Shown here piece after piece: positions 15,001 to 30,000 of a stretch of DNA of 46,820 nucleotides. The position numbers were made by a program, and so were the translations under genes. Numbering within the stretch: the first letter of the stretch is position 1; the number at the start of each line of letters is the position of its first letter. The stretch comes from Nemertoderma westbladi (lineage: Eukaryota; Animalia; Xenacoelomorpha), in assembly GCA_032718475.1 (NCBI GenBank), contig JAUCBJ010006482.1, positions 1 to 46,820 of the forward strand. The letters are read 5' to 3'. The notes beneath the pieces were generated by a model, which did no database searches, was not told where the DNA came from, and saw only the letters and a program-made list of their open reading frames with translations.

Positions 15001-18000
15001 CTAACTTATCAGCCTACGTCCCCGTAGTTGCTCACATTATGCTAACTTATCAGCCTACGTCCCCGTAGTTGCTCACATTATGTAAACTTATCAGCCTACG
15101 TCCCCGTAGTTGCTCACATTATGCTAAATTATCAGCCTACGTCCCCGTAGTTGCTAACGTTATGTTAACTTATCAGCCTACGTCCCCGTAGTTGCTCACA
15201 TTATGCTAACTTATCAGCCTACGTCCCCGTAGTTACTCACATTATGCTAACTTATCAGCCTACGTCCCCGTTGTTGCTCACATTATGCTAACTTATCTGC
15301 CTACGTCCCCGTAGTTGCTCACATTATGTTAACTTATCAGCCTACGTCCCCGTAGTTGCTCACATTATGCTAACTTATCAGCCTACGTCCCCTTAGTTGC
15401 TCACATTATGCTAACATATCAGCCTACGGCCCCATTGTTGCTCACATTATGCTAACTTATCAGCCTACGTCCCCGTATTTGCTCACATTATGCTAACTTA
15501 TCAGCCTACGGCCCCGTAGTTGCTCACATTATGCTAACTTATCAGCCTACGTCCCCTTAGTTGCTCACATTATGCTAACATATCAGCCTACGTCCCCGTA
15601 GTTGCTCACATTATGCTAACTTATCAGCCTACGTCCCCGTAGTTGCTCACATTATGCTAACTTATCAGCCTACGTCCCCGTTGTTGCTCACATTATGCTA
15701 ACTTATCAGCCTACGTCCCCGTAGTTGCTCACATTATGCTAACTTATCAGCCTACGTCCCCGTAGTTGCTCACATTATGCTAACTTATCAGCCTACGTCC
15801 CCGTAGTTGCTCACATTATGCTAACTTATCAGCCTACGTCCCCGTAGTTGCTCACATTATGCTAACTTATCAGCCTACGTCCCCGTAGTTGCTCACATTA
15901 TGCTAACTTATCAGCCTACGTCCCCGTAGTTGCTCACATTATGCTAGCTAACTTATCAGCCTACGTCCCCGTAGTTGCTCACATTATGCTAACTTATCAG
16001 CCTACGTCCCCGTAGTTGCTCACATTATGCTAGCTAACTTATCAGCCTACGTCCCCGTAGTTGCTCACATTATGCTAACTTATCAGCCTACGTCCCCGTA
16101 GTTGCTCACATTATGCTAGCTAACTTATCAGCCTACGTCCCCGTAGTTGCTCACATTATGCTAACTTATCAGCCTACGGCTCCGTAGTTGCTCACAGTAT
16201 GCTAACTTATCAGCCTACGTCCCCGTAGTTGCTCACATTATGCTAACTTATCAGCCTACGTCCCCGTAGTTGCTCACATTATGCTAGCTAACTTATCAGC
16301 CTACGTTCCCGTAGTTGCTCACATTATGCTAACTTATCAGCCTACGGCTCCGTAGTTGCTCACATTATGCTAACTTATCAGCCTACGTCCCCGTAGTTGC
16401 TCACATTATGCTAACATATCAGCCTACGTCCCCGTAGTTGCTCACATTATGCTAACTTATCAGCCTACGTCCCCGTAGTTGCTCACATTATGCTAACTTA
16501 TCAGCCTACGTCCCCGTTGTTGCTCACATTATGCTAACTTATCAGCCTACGTCCCCGTAGTTGCTCACATTATGCAACTTATCAGCCTACGGCCCCGTAG
16601 TTGCTCACATTATGCTAAGTTATCAGCCTATGTCCCCGTAGTTGCTCACATTATGCTAGCTAACTTATCAGCCTACGTCCCCGTAGTTGCTCACATTATG
16701 CTAACTTATCAGCCTACGTCCCCGTAGTTGCTCACATTATGTTAACTTATCAGCCTACGTCCCCGTAGTTGCTCACATTATGCTAAATTATCAGCCTACG
16801 TCCCCGTAGTTGCTCACGTTATGTTAACTTATCAGCCTACGTCCCCGTAGTTGCTCACATTATGCTAACTTATCAGCCTACGTCCCCGTAGTTACTCACA
16901 TTATGCTAACTTATCAGCCTACGTCCCCGTTGTTGCTCACATTATGCTAACTTATCTGCCTACGTCCCCGTAGTTGCTCACATTATGTTAACTTATCAGC
17001 CTACGTCCCCGTAGTTGCTCACATTATGCTAACTTATCAGCCTACGTCCCCTTAGTTGCTCACATTATGCTAACATATCAGCCTACGGCCCCATTGTTGC
17101 TCACATTATGCTAACTTATCAGCCTACGTCCCCGTATTTGCTCACATTATGCTAACTTATCAGCCTACGGCCCCGTAGTTGCTCACATTATGCTAACTTA
17201 TCAGCCTACGTCCCCTTAGTTGCTCACATTATGCTAACATATCAGCCTACGTCCCCGTAGTTGCTCACATTATGCTAACTTATCAGCCTACGTCCCCGTA
17301 GTTGCTCACATTATGCTAACTTATCAGCCTACGTCCCCGTTGTTGCTCACATTATGCTAACTTATCAGCCTACGTCCCCGTAGTTGCTCACATTATGCTA
17401 ACTTATCAGCCTACGTCCCCGTAGTTGCTCACATTATGCTAACTTATCAGCCTACGTCCCCGTAGTTGCTCACATTATGCTAACTTATCAGCCAACGTCC
17501 CCGTAGTTGCTCACATTATGCTAACTTATCAGCCTACGTCCCCGTAGTTGCTCGCATTATGCTAACTTATCAGCCTACGTCCCCGTAGTTGCTCACATTA
17601 TGCTAGCTAACTTATCAGCCTACGTCCCCGTAGTTGCTCACATTATGCTAACTTATCAGCCTACGTCCCCGTAGTTGCTCACATTATGCTAGCTAACTTA
17701 TCAGCCTACGTCCCCGTAGTTGCTCACATTATGCTAACTTATCAGCCTACGTCCCCGTAGTTGCTCACATTATGCTAGCTAACTTATCAGCCTACGTCCC
17801 CGTAGTTGCTCACATTATGCTAACTTATCAGCCTACGGCTCCGTAGTTGCTCACAGTATGCTAACTTATCAGCCTACGTCCCCGTAGTTGCTCACATTAT
17901 GCTAACTTATCAGCCTACGTCCCCGTAGTTGCTCACATTATGCTAGCTAACTTATCAGCCTACGTTCCCGTAGTTGCTCACATTATGCTAACTTATCAGC

Positions 18001-21000
18001 CTACGGCTCCGTAGTTGCTCACATTATGCTAACTTATCAGCCTACGTCCCCGTAGTTGCTCACATGATGCTAACATATCAGCCTACGTCCCCGTAGTTGC
18101 TCACATTATTCTAACTTATCAGCCTACGTCCCCGTAGTTGCTCACATTATGCTAACTTATCAGCCTACGTCCCCGTTGTTGCTCACATTATGCTAACTTA
18201 TCAGCCTACGTCCCCGTAGTTGCTCACATTATGCTAACTTATCAGCCTACGTCCCCGTAGTTGCTCACATTATGCTAACTTATCAGCCTACGTCCCCGTA
18301 GTTGCTCACATTATGCTAACTTATCAGCCTACGTCCCCGTAGTTGCTCACATTATGCTAACTTATCAGCCTACGTCCCCGTAGTTGCTCACATTATGCTA
18401 ACTTATCAGCCTACGTCCCCGTAGTTGCTCACATTATGCTAGCTAACTTATCAGCCTACGTCCCCGTAGTTGCTCACATTATGCTAACTTATCAGCCTAC
18501 GTCCCCGTAGTTGCTCACATTATGCTAGCTAACTTATCAGCCTACGTCCCCGTAGTTGCTCACATTATGCTAACTTATCAGCCTACGTCCCCGTAGTTGC
18601 TCACATTATGCTAGCTAACTTATCAGCCTACGTCCCCGTAGTTGCTCACATTATGCTAACTTATCAGCCTACGGCTCCGTAGTTGCTCACAGTATGCTAA
18701 CTTATCAGCCTACGTCCCCGTAGTTGCTCACATTATGCAACTTATCAGCCTACGTCCCCGTAGTTGCTCACATTATGCTAACTTATCAGCCTACGTCCCC
18801 GTAGTTGCTCACATTATGCTAACTTATCAGCCTACGTCCCCGTAGTTGCTCACATTATGCTAACTTATCAGCCTACGTCCCCGTTGTTGCTCACATTATG
18901 CTAACTTATCAGCCTACGTCCCCGTTGTTGCTCACATTATGCTAGCTAACTTATCAGCCTACGTCCCCGTAGTTGCTCACATTATGCTAGCTAACTTATC
19001 AGCCTACGTCCCCGTTGTTGCTCACATTATGCTAACTTATCAGCCTACGTCCCCGTAGTTGCTCACATTATGCAACTTATCAGCCTACGTCCCCGTAGTT
19101 GCTCACATTATGCTAACTTATCAGCCTACGTCCCCGTAGTTGCTCACATTATGCAACTTATCAGCCTACGTCCCCGTAGTTGCTCACATTATGCTAACTT
19201 ATCAGCCTACGTCCCCGTTGTTGCTCACATTATGCTAACTTATCAGCCTACGGCCCCGTAGTTGCTCACATTATGCTAACTTATCAGCCTACGTCCCCGT
19301 AGTTGCTCACATTATGCAACTTATCAGCCTACGTCCCCGTAGTTGCTCACATTATGCTAACTTATCAGCCTACGGCCCCGCAGTTGCTCACATTATGCTA
19401 ACTTATCAGCCTACGTCCCCGTAGTTGCTCACATTATGCTAACTTATCAGCCTACGTCCCCGTAGTTGCTCACAGTATGTTAACTTATCAGCCTACGTCC
19501 CCGTAGTTGCTCACATTATGCTAACTTATCAGCCTACGTCCCCGTAGTTGCTCACATTATGCTAACTTATCAGCCTACGTCCCCGTAGTTGCTCACATTA
19601 TGCTAACTTATCAGCCTACGTACCCGTAGTTGCTCACATTATGCAACTTATCAGCCTACGTCCCCGTAGTTGCTCACATTATGCTAACTTATCAGCCTAC
19701 GGCTCCGCAGTTGCTCACATTATGCTAACTTATCAGCCTACGTCCCCGTAGTTGCTCACATTATGCTAACTTATCAGCCTACGTCCCCGTCGTTGCTCAC
19801 ATTATGCTAACTTATCAGCCTACGGCCCCGTAGTTGCTCACATTATGCTAACTTATCAGCCTACGTCCCCGTAGTTACTTACATTATGCTAACTTATCAG
19901 CCTACGTCCCCGTAGTTGCTCACAATGCTAACTTATCAGCCTACGTCCCCGTAGTTGCTCACATTATGCTAGCTAACTTATCAGCCTACGTCCCCGTAGT
20001 TGCTCACATTATGCTAACTTATCAGAGCCTACGTCCCCGTTGTTGCTCACATTATGCAACTTATCAGCCTACGTCCCCGTAGTTGCTCACATTATGCTAA
20101 CTTATCAGCCTACGTCCCCGTAGTTGCTCACATTATACTAACTTATCAGCCTACGTCCCCGTAGTTGCTCACATTATACTAACTTATCAGCCTACGTCCC
20201 CGTAGTTGCTCACATTATGCTAGCTAACTTATCAGCCTACGTCCCCGTAGTTGCTCACATTATGCTAAATTATCAGCCTACGTCCCCGTTGTTGCTCACA
20301 TTATGTTAACTTATCAGCCTACGTCCCCGTAGTTTCTCACATTATGCTAACTTATCAGCCTACGGCCCCGTAGTTGCTCACATTATGCTAGCTAACATAT
20401 CTGCCTACGACCCCGTAGTTGCTCACATTATGCTAGCTAACTTATCAGCCTACGGCCCCGTAGTTGCTCACATTATGCTAGCTAACTTATCAGCCTACGT
20501 CCCCGTAGTTGCTTACATTATGCTAACTTATCAGCCTACGTCCCCGTAGTTGCTCACAATGCTAACTTATCAGCCTACGTCCCCGTAGTTGCTCACATTA
20601 TGCTAGCTAACTTATCAGCCTACGGCCCCGTAGTTGCTCACATTATGCTAGCTAACTTATCAGCCTACGTCCCCGTAGTTGCTTACATTATGCTAACTTA
20701 TCAGCCTACGTCCCCGTAGTTGCTCACAATGCTAACTTATCAGCCTACGTCCCCGTAGTTGCTCACATTATGCTAGCTAACTTATCAGCCTACGTCCCCG
20801 TAGTTGCTCACATTATGCTAGCTAACTTATCAGCCTACGTCCCCGTAGTTGCTTACATTATGCTAACTTATCAGCCTACGTCCCCGTAGTTGCTCACAAT
20901 GCTAACTTATCAGCCTACGTCCCCGTAGTTGCTCACATTATGCTAGCTAACTTATCAGCCTACGTCCCCGTAGTTGCTCACATTATGCTAACTTATCAGA

Positions 21001-24000
21001 GCCTACGTCCCCGTTGTTGCTCACATTATGCAACTTATCAGCCTACGTCCCCGTAGTTGCTCACATTATGCTAACTTATCAGCCTACGTCCCCGTAGTTG
21101 CTCACATTATACTAACTTATCAGCCTACGTCCCCGTAGTTGCTCACATTATACTAACTTATCAGCCTACGTCCCCGTAGTTGCTCACATTATGCTAGCTA
21201 ACTTATCAGCCTACGTCCCCGTAGTTGCTCACATTATGCTAAATTATCAGCCTACGTCCCCGTTGTTGCTCACATTATGTTAACTTATCAGCCTACGTCC
21301 CCGTAGTTTCTCACATTATGCTAACTTATCAGCCTACGGCCCCGTAGTTGCTCACATTATGCTAGCTAACATATCTGCCTACGACCCCGTAGTTGCTCAC
21401 ATTATGCTAGCTAACTTATCAGCCTACGGCCCCGTAGTTGCTCACATTATGCTAACTTATCAGCCTACGGCCCCGTAGTTGCTCACATTATGCTAGCTAA
21501 CATATCAGCCTACGTCCCCGTAGTTGCTCACATTATGCTAACTTATCAGCCTACGTTCCCGTAGTTGCTCACATTATGCTAACTTATCAGCCTACGTCCC
21601 CGTAGTTGCTCACATTATGCTAACTTATCAGCCTACGTCCCCGTAGTTGCTCACATTATGCTAACTTATCAGACTACGTACCCGTAGTTGCTCACATTAT
21701 GCTAACTTATCAGCCTACGTCCCCGGAGTTGCTCACATTATGCTAACTTATCAGCCCACGGCCCCGTAGTTGCTCACATTATGCTAGCTAACTTATCAGC
21801 CTACGTCCCCGTTGTTGCTCACATTATGCTAACTTATCAGCCTACGTCCCTGTTGTTGCTCACATTATGCTAACTTATCAGCCTACGTCCCCGTTGTTGC
21901 TCACATTATGCTAAGTTATCAGCCTACGTCCCCGTAGTTGCTCACATTATGCTAGCTACCTTATCAGCCTACTTCCCCGCAGTTGCTCACATTATGCTAA
22001 CTTATCAACCTACGTCCCCGTAGTTGCTCACATTATGCTAACTTATCAGCCTACGTCCCCGTTGTTGCTCACATTATACTAAGTTATCAGCCTACGTCCC
22101 CGTAGTTGCTCACATTATGCTAGCTAACTTATCAGCCACGTCTCCGTAGTCGCTCACATTATGCTAGCTAACTTATCAGCCTACGTCCCCGTAGTTGCTC
22201 ACATTATGCTAACTTATCAGCCTACCTCCCCGTAGTTGCTCACATTATGCAACTTATCAGCATACGTCCCCTTAGTTGCTCACATTATGCTAGCTAACTT
22301 ATCAGCCTACGTCCCCGTTGTTGCTCACATTATGCTAACTTATCAGCCTACGTCCCCGTTGTTGCTCACATTATGCTAACTTATCAGCCTACGTCCCCGT
22401 TGTTGCTCACATTATGCTAAGTTATCAGCCTACGTCCCCATAGTTGCTCACATTATGCTAGCTACCTTATCAGCCTACGTCCCCGTAGTTGCTCACATTA
22501 TGCTAACTTATCAACCTACGTCCCCGTAGTTGCTCACATTATGCTAACTTATCAGCCTACGTCCCCGTTGTTGCTCACATTATGCTAAGTTATCAGCCTA
22601 CGTCCCCGTAGTTGCTCACATTATGCTAGCTAACTTATCAGCCTACGTCCCCGTAGTTGCTCACATTATGCTAGCTAACTTATCAGCCTACGTCCCCGTA
22701 GTTGCTCACATTATGCTAGCTAACTTATCAGCCTACGTCCCCGTTGTTGCTCACATTATGCTAACTTATCAGCCTACGTCCCCGTAGTTGCTCACATTAT
22801 GCTAACTTATCAGCCTACGGCCCCGTGGTTGCTCACATTATGCTAACTTATCAGCCTACGTCCCCGTAGTTACTCACATTATGCAAACTTATCAGCCTAC
22901 GGCCCCGTAGTTGCTCACATTATGCTAACTTATCAACCTACGTCCCCGTAGTTGCTCACATTATGCTAACTTATCAGCCTACGTCCCCGTAGTTGCTCAC
23001 ATTATACTAACTTATCAGCCTAAGTCCCCGTAGTTGCTCACATTATGCTAACTTATCAGCCTACGACCCCGTAGTTGCTCACATTATGCTACTTATCAGC
23101 CTACGTCCCCGTAGTTGCTCACATTATGCTAACTTATCAGCCTACGTCCCCGTAGTTGCTCACATTATGCTAACTTATCAGCCTACGTCCCCGTAGTTGC
23201 TCACATTATGCTAACTTATCAGCCTACGTCCCCGTAGTTGCTCACATTATGCTAACTTATCAGCCTACGTCCCCGTAGTTGCTCACATTATGCTAACTTA
23301 TCAGCCTACGTCCCCGTAGTTGCTCACAATATGCTAGCTAACTTATCAGCCTACGTCCCCGTAGTTGCTCACATTATGCTAACTTATCAGCCTACGTCCC
23401 CGTAGTTGCTCACATTATGCTAGCTAACTTATCAGCCTACGTCCCCGTAGTTGCTCACATTATGCTAACTTATCAGCCTACGTCCCCGTAGTTGCTCACA
23501 TTATGCTAGCTAACTTATCAGCCTACGTCCCCGTAGTTGCTCACATTATGCTAACTTATCAGCCTACGGCTCCGTAGTTGCTCACAGTATGCTAACTTAT
23601 CAGCCTACGTCCCCGTAGTTGCTCACATTATGCAACTTATCAGCCTACGTCCCCGTAGTTGCTCACATTATGCTAACTTATCAGCCTACGTCCCCGTAGT
23701 TGCTCACATTATGCTAACTTATCAGCCTACGTCCCCGTAGTTGCTCACATTATGCTAACTTATCAGCCTACGTCCCCGTTGTTGCTCACATTATGCTAAC
23801 TTATCAGCCTACGTCCCCGTTGTTGCTCACATTATGCTAGCTAACTTATCAGCCTACGTCCCCGTAGTTGCTCACATTATGCTAGCTAACTTATCAGCCT
23901 ACGTCCCCGTTGTTGCTTACATTATGCTAACTTATCAGCCTACGTCCCCGTAGTTGCTCACATTATGCAACTTATCAGCCTACGTCCCCGTAGTTGCTCA

Positions 24001-27000
24001 CATTATGCTAACTTATCAGCCTACGTCCCCGTAGTTGCTCACATTATGCAACTTATCAGCCTACGTCCCCGTAGTTGCTCACATTATGCTAACTTATCAG
24101 CCTACGTCCCCGTTGTTGCTCACATTATGCTAACTTATCAGCCTACGGCCCCGTAGTTGCTCACATTATGCTAACTTATCAGCCTACGTCCCCGTAGTTG
24201 CTCACATTATGCAACTTATCAGCCTACGTCCCCGTAGTTGCTCACATTATGCTAACTTATCAGCCTACGGCCCCGCAGTTGCTCACATTATGCTAACTTA
24301 TCAGCCTACGTCCCCGTAGTTGCTCACATTATGCTAACTTATCAGCCTACGTCCCCGTAGTTGCTCACAGTATGTTAACTTATCAGCCTACGTCCCCGTA
24401 GTTGCTCACATTATGCTAACTTATCAGCCTACGTCCCCGTAGTTGCTCACATTATGCTAACTTATCAGCCTACGTCCCCGTAGTTGCTCACATTATGCTA
24501 ACTTATCAGCCTACGTACCCGTAGTTGCTCACATTATGCAACTTATCAGCCTACGTCCCCGTAGTTGCTCACATTATGCTAACTTATCAGCCTACGGCTC
24601 CGCAGTTGCTCACATTATGCTAACTTATCAGCCTACGTCCCCGTAGTTGCTCACATTATGCTAACTTATCAGCCTACGTCCCCGTCGTTGCTCACATTAT
24701 GCTAACTTATCAGCCTACGGCCCCGTAGTTGCTCACATTATGCTAACTTATCAGCCTACGTCCCCGTAGTTGCTCACAATGCTAACTTATCAGCCTACGT
24801 CCCCGTAGTTGCTCACATTATGCTAGCTAACTTATCAGCCTACGTCCCCGTAGTTGCTCACATTTTGCTAACTTATCAGAGCCTACGTCCCCGTTGTTGC
24901 TCACATTATGCAACTTATCAGCCTACGTCCCCGTAGTTGCTCACATTATGCTAACTTATCAGCCTACGTCCCCGTAGTTGCTCACATTATGCTAACTTAT
25001 CAGCCTACGTCCCCGTAGTTGCTCACATTATGCTAAATTATCAGCCTACGTCCCCGTTGTTGCTCACATTATGTTAACTTATCAGCCTACGTCCCCGTAG
25101 TTTCTCACATTATGCTAACTTATCAGCCTACGGCCCCGTAGTTGCTCACATTATGCTAGCTAACATATCTGCCTACGACCCCGTAGTTGCTCACATTATG
25201 CTAGCTAACTTATCAGCCTACGGCCCCGTAGTTGCTCACATTATGCTAACTTATCAGCCTACGGCCCCGTAGTTGCTCACATTATGCTAGCTAACATATC
25301 AGCCTACGTCCCCGTAGTTGCTCACATTATGCTAACTTATCAGCCTACGTTCCCGTAGTTGCTCACATTATGCTAACTTATCAGCCTACGTCCCCGTAGT
25401 TGCTCACATTATGCTAACTTATCAGCCTACGTCCCCGTAGTTGCTCACATTATGCTAACTTATCAGACTACGTCCCCGTAGTTGCTCACATTATACTAAC
25501 TTATCAGCCTACGTCCCCGTAGTTGCTCACATTATTCTAACTTATCAGCCTACGTCCCCGGAGTTGCTCACATTATGCTAACTTATCAGCCCACGGCCCC
25601 GTAGTTGCTCACATTATGCTAGCTAACTTATCAGCCTACGTCCCCGTTGTTGCTCACATTATGCTAACTTATCAGCCTACGTCCCTGTTGTTGCTCACAT
25701 TATGCTAACTTATCAGCCTACGTCCCCGTTGTTGCTCACATTATGCTAAGTTATCAGCCTACGTCCCCGTAGTTGCTCACATTATGCTAGCTACCTTATC
25801 AGCCTACTTCCCCGTAGTTGCTCACATTATGCTAACTTATCAACCTACGTCCCCGTAGTTGCTCACATTATGCTAACTTATCAGCCTACGTCCCCGTTGT
25901 TGCTCACATTATACTAAGTTATCAGCCTACGTCCCCGTAGTTGCTCACATTATGCTAGCTAACTTATCAGCCACGTCTCCGTAGTCGCTCACATTATGCT
26001 AGCTAACTTATCAGCCTACGTCCCCGTAGTTGCTCACATTATGCTAACTTATCAGCCTACCTCCCCGTAGTTGCTCACATTATGCAACTTATCAGCATAC
26101 GTCCCCTTAGTTGCTCACATTATGCTAGCTAACTTATCAGCCTACGTCCCCGTTGTTGCTCACATTATGCTAACTTATCAGCCTACGTCCCCGTTGTTGC
26201 TCACATTATGCTAACTTATCAGCCTACGTCCCCGTTGTTGCTCACATTATGCTAAGTTATCAGCCTACGTCCCCATAGTTGCTCACATTATGCTAGCTAC
26301 CTTATCAGCCTACGTCCCCGTAGTTGCTCACATTATGCTAACTTATCAACCTACGTCCCCGTAGTTGCTCACATTATGCTAACTTATCAGCCTACGTCCC
26401 CGTTGTTGCTCACATTATGCTAAGTTATCAGCCTACGTCCCCGTAGTTGCTCACATTATGCTAGCTAACTTATCAGCCTACGTCCCCGTAGTTGCTCACA
26501 TTATGCTAGCTAACTTATCAGCCTACGTCCCCGTAGTTGCTCACATTATGCTAGCTAACTTATCAGCCTACGTCCCCGTTGTTGCTCACATTATGCTAAC
26601 TTATCAGCCTACGTCCCCGTAGTTGCTCACATTATGCTAACTTATCAGCCTACGGCCCCGTAGTTGCTCACATTATGCTAACTTATCAGCCTACGTCCCC
26701 GTAGTTACTCACATTATGCAAACTTATCAGCCTACGGCCCCGTAGTTGCTCACATTATGCTAACTTATCAACCTACGTCCCCGTAGTTGCTCACATTATG
26801 CTAACTTATCAGCCTACGTCCCCGTAGTTGCTCACATTATACTAACTTATCAGCCTAAGTCCCCGTAGTTGCTCACATTATGCTAACTTATCAGCCTACG
26901 ACCCCGTAGTTGCTCACATTATGCTACTTATCAGCCTACGTCCCCGTAGTTGTTCACTTTATGCTAACTTATCAGCCTACGTCCCCGTAGTTGCTCACAT

Positions 27001-30000
27001 TATGCAAACTTATCAGCCTACGTCCCCGTAGTTGCTCACATTATCCTAACTTATCAGCCTACGTCCCCAGTTGCTCACATTATGCTAACTTATCAGCCTA
27101 CGTCCCCGTAGTTGCTCACATTATGCTACTTATCAGCCACGTCCCCGTAGTTGCTCACATTATGCTAACTTATCAGCCTACGTCCCCGTAGTTGCTCACA
27201 TTATGCTAACTTATCAGCCTACGTCCCCGTAGTTGCTCACATTATGCTACATATCAGCCACGTCCCCGTAGTTGCTCACATTATGCTAACTTATCAGCCT
27301 ACGTCACCGTAGTTGCTCACATTATGCTAACTTATCAGCCTACCACCCCGTAGTTGCTCACATTATGCTAACTTATCAGCCTACGTCCCCGTAGTTGCTC
27401 ACATTATGCTAACTTATCAGCCTACGTCCCCGTAGTTGCTCACATTATGCTAACTTATCAGCCTACGGCCCCGTAGATGCTCACATTATGCTAACTTATC
27501 CGCCTACGTCCCCGTAGTTGCTCACCTTATGCTAACTTATCAGCCTACGTCACCGTAATTGCTAACATTATGCTAACTTATCAGCCTACGTCCCCATTGT
27601 TGCTCACATTATGCTAACTTATCAGCCTACGTCCCCGTAGTTGCTCACATTATGCTAACTTATCAGCCTACGTCCCCGTAGTTGCTCACATTATGCTAGC
27701 TAACTTATCAGCCTACGTCCCCGTTGTTGCTCACATTATGCTAACTTATCAGCCTACGTCCCCGTAGTTGCTCACATTATGCTAACTTATCAGCCTACGG
27801 CCCCGTAGTTGCTCACATTATGCTAACTTATCAGCCTACGTCCCCGTAGTTACTCACATTATGCAAACTTATCAGCCTACGTCCCCGTAGTTGCTCACAT
27901 TATGCTAACTTATCAGCCTACGTCCCCGTAGTTGCTCACATTATGCTAGCTAACTTATCAGCCTACGTCCCCGTAGTTGCTCACATTATGCTAACTTATC
28001 AGCCTACGTCCCCGTAGTTGCTCACATTATGCTAGCTAACTTATCAGCCTACGTCCCCGTAGTTGCTCACATTATGCTAACTTATCAGCCTACGGCTCCG
28101 TAGTTGCTCACAGTATGCTAACTTATCAGCCTACGTCCCCGTAGTTGCTCACATTATGCAACTTATCAGCCTACGTCCCCGTAGTTGCTCACATTATGCT
28201 AACTTATCAGCCTACGTCCCCGTAGTTGCTCACATTATGCTAACTTATCAGCCTACGTCCCCGTAGTTGCTCACATTATGCTAACTTATCAGCCTACGTC
28301 CCCGTTGTTGCTCACATTATGCTAACTTATCAGCCTACGTCCCCGTTGTTGCTCACATTATGCTAGCTAACTTATCAGCCTACGTCCCCGTAGTTGCTCA
28401 CATTATGCTAGCTAACTTATCAGCCTACGTCCCCGTTGTTGCTCACATTATGCTAACTTATCAGCCTACGTCCCCGTTGTTGCTCACATTATGCTAACTT
28501 ATCAGCCTACGTCCCCGTTGTTGCTCACATTATGCTAGCTAACTTATCAGCCTACGTCCCCGTAGTTGCTCACATTATGCTAGCTAACTTATCAGCCTAC
28601 GTCCCCGTTGTTGCTCACATTATGCTAACTTATCAGCCTACGTCCCCGTAGTTGCTCACATTATGCTAGCTAACTTATCAGCCTACGTCCCCGTTGTTGC
28701 TCACATTATGCTAACTTATCAGCCTACGTCCCCGTTGTTGCTCACATTATGCTAGCTAACTTATCAGCCTACGTCCCCGTAGTTGCTCACATTATGCTAG
28801 CTAACTTATCAGCCTACGTCCCCGTTGTTGCTCACATTATGCTAACTTATCAGCCTACGTCCCCGTAGTTGCTCACATTATGCAACTTATCAGCCTACGT
28901 CCCCGTAGTTGCTCACATTATGCTAACTTATCAGCCTACGTCCCCGTAGTTGCTCACATTATGCAACTTATCAGCCTACGTCCCCGTAGTTGCTCACATT
29001 ATGCTAACTTATCAGCCTACGTCCCCGTTGTTGCTCACATTATGCTAACTTATCAGCCTACGGCCCCGTAGTTGCTCACATTATGCTAACTTATCAGCCT
29101 ACGTCCCCGTAGTTGCTCACATTATGCAACTTATCAGCCTACGTCCCCGTAGTTGCTCACATTATGCTAACTTATCAGCCTACGGCCCCGCAGTTGCTCA
29201 CATTATGCTAACTTATCAGCCTACGTCCCCGTAGTTGCTCACATTATGCTAACTTATCAGCCTACGTCCCCGTAGTTGCTCACAGTATGTTAACTTATCA
29301 GCCTACGTCCCCGTAGTTGCTCACATTATGCTAACTTATCAGCCTACGTCCCCGTAGTTGCTCACATTATGCTAACTTATCAGCCTACGTCCCCGTAGTT
29401 GCTCACATTATGCTAACTTATCAGCCTACGTACCCGTAGTTGCTCACATTATGCAACTTATCAGCCTACGTCCCCGTAGTTGCTCACATTATGCTAACTT
29501 ATCAGCCTACGGCTCCGCAGTTGCTCACATTATGCTAACTTATCAGCCTACGTCCCCGTAGTTGCTCACATTATGCTAACTTATCAGCCTACGTCCCCGT
29601 CGTTGCTCACATTATGCTAACTTATCAGCCTACGGCCCCGTAGTTGCTCACATTATGCTAACTTATCAGCCTACGTCCCCGTAGTTGCTCACAATGCTAA
29701 CTTATCAGCCTACGTCCCCGTAGTTGCTCACATTATGCTAGCTAACTTATCAGCCTACGTCCCCGTAGTTGCTCACATTATGCTAACTTATCAGAGCCTA
29801 CGTCCCCGTTGTTGCTCACATTATGCAACTTATCAGCCTACGTCCCCGTAGTTGCTCACATTATGCTAACTTATCAGCCTACGTCCCCGTAGTTGCTCAC
29901 ATTATGCTAACTTATCAGCCTACGTCCCCGTAGTTGCTCACATTATGCTAAATTATCAGCCTACGTCCCCGTTGTTGCTCACATTATGTTAACTTATCAG

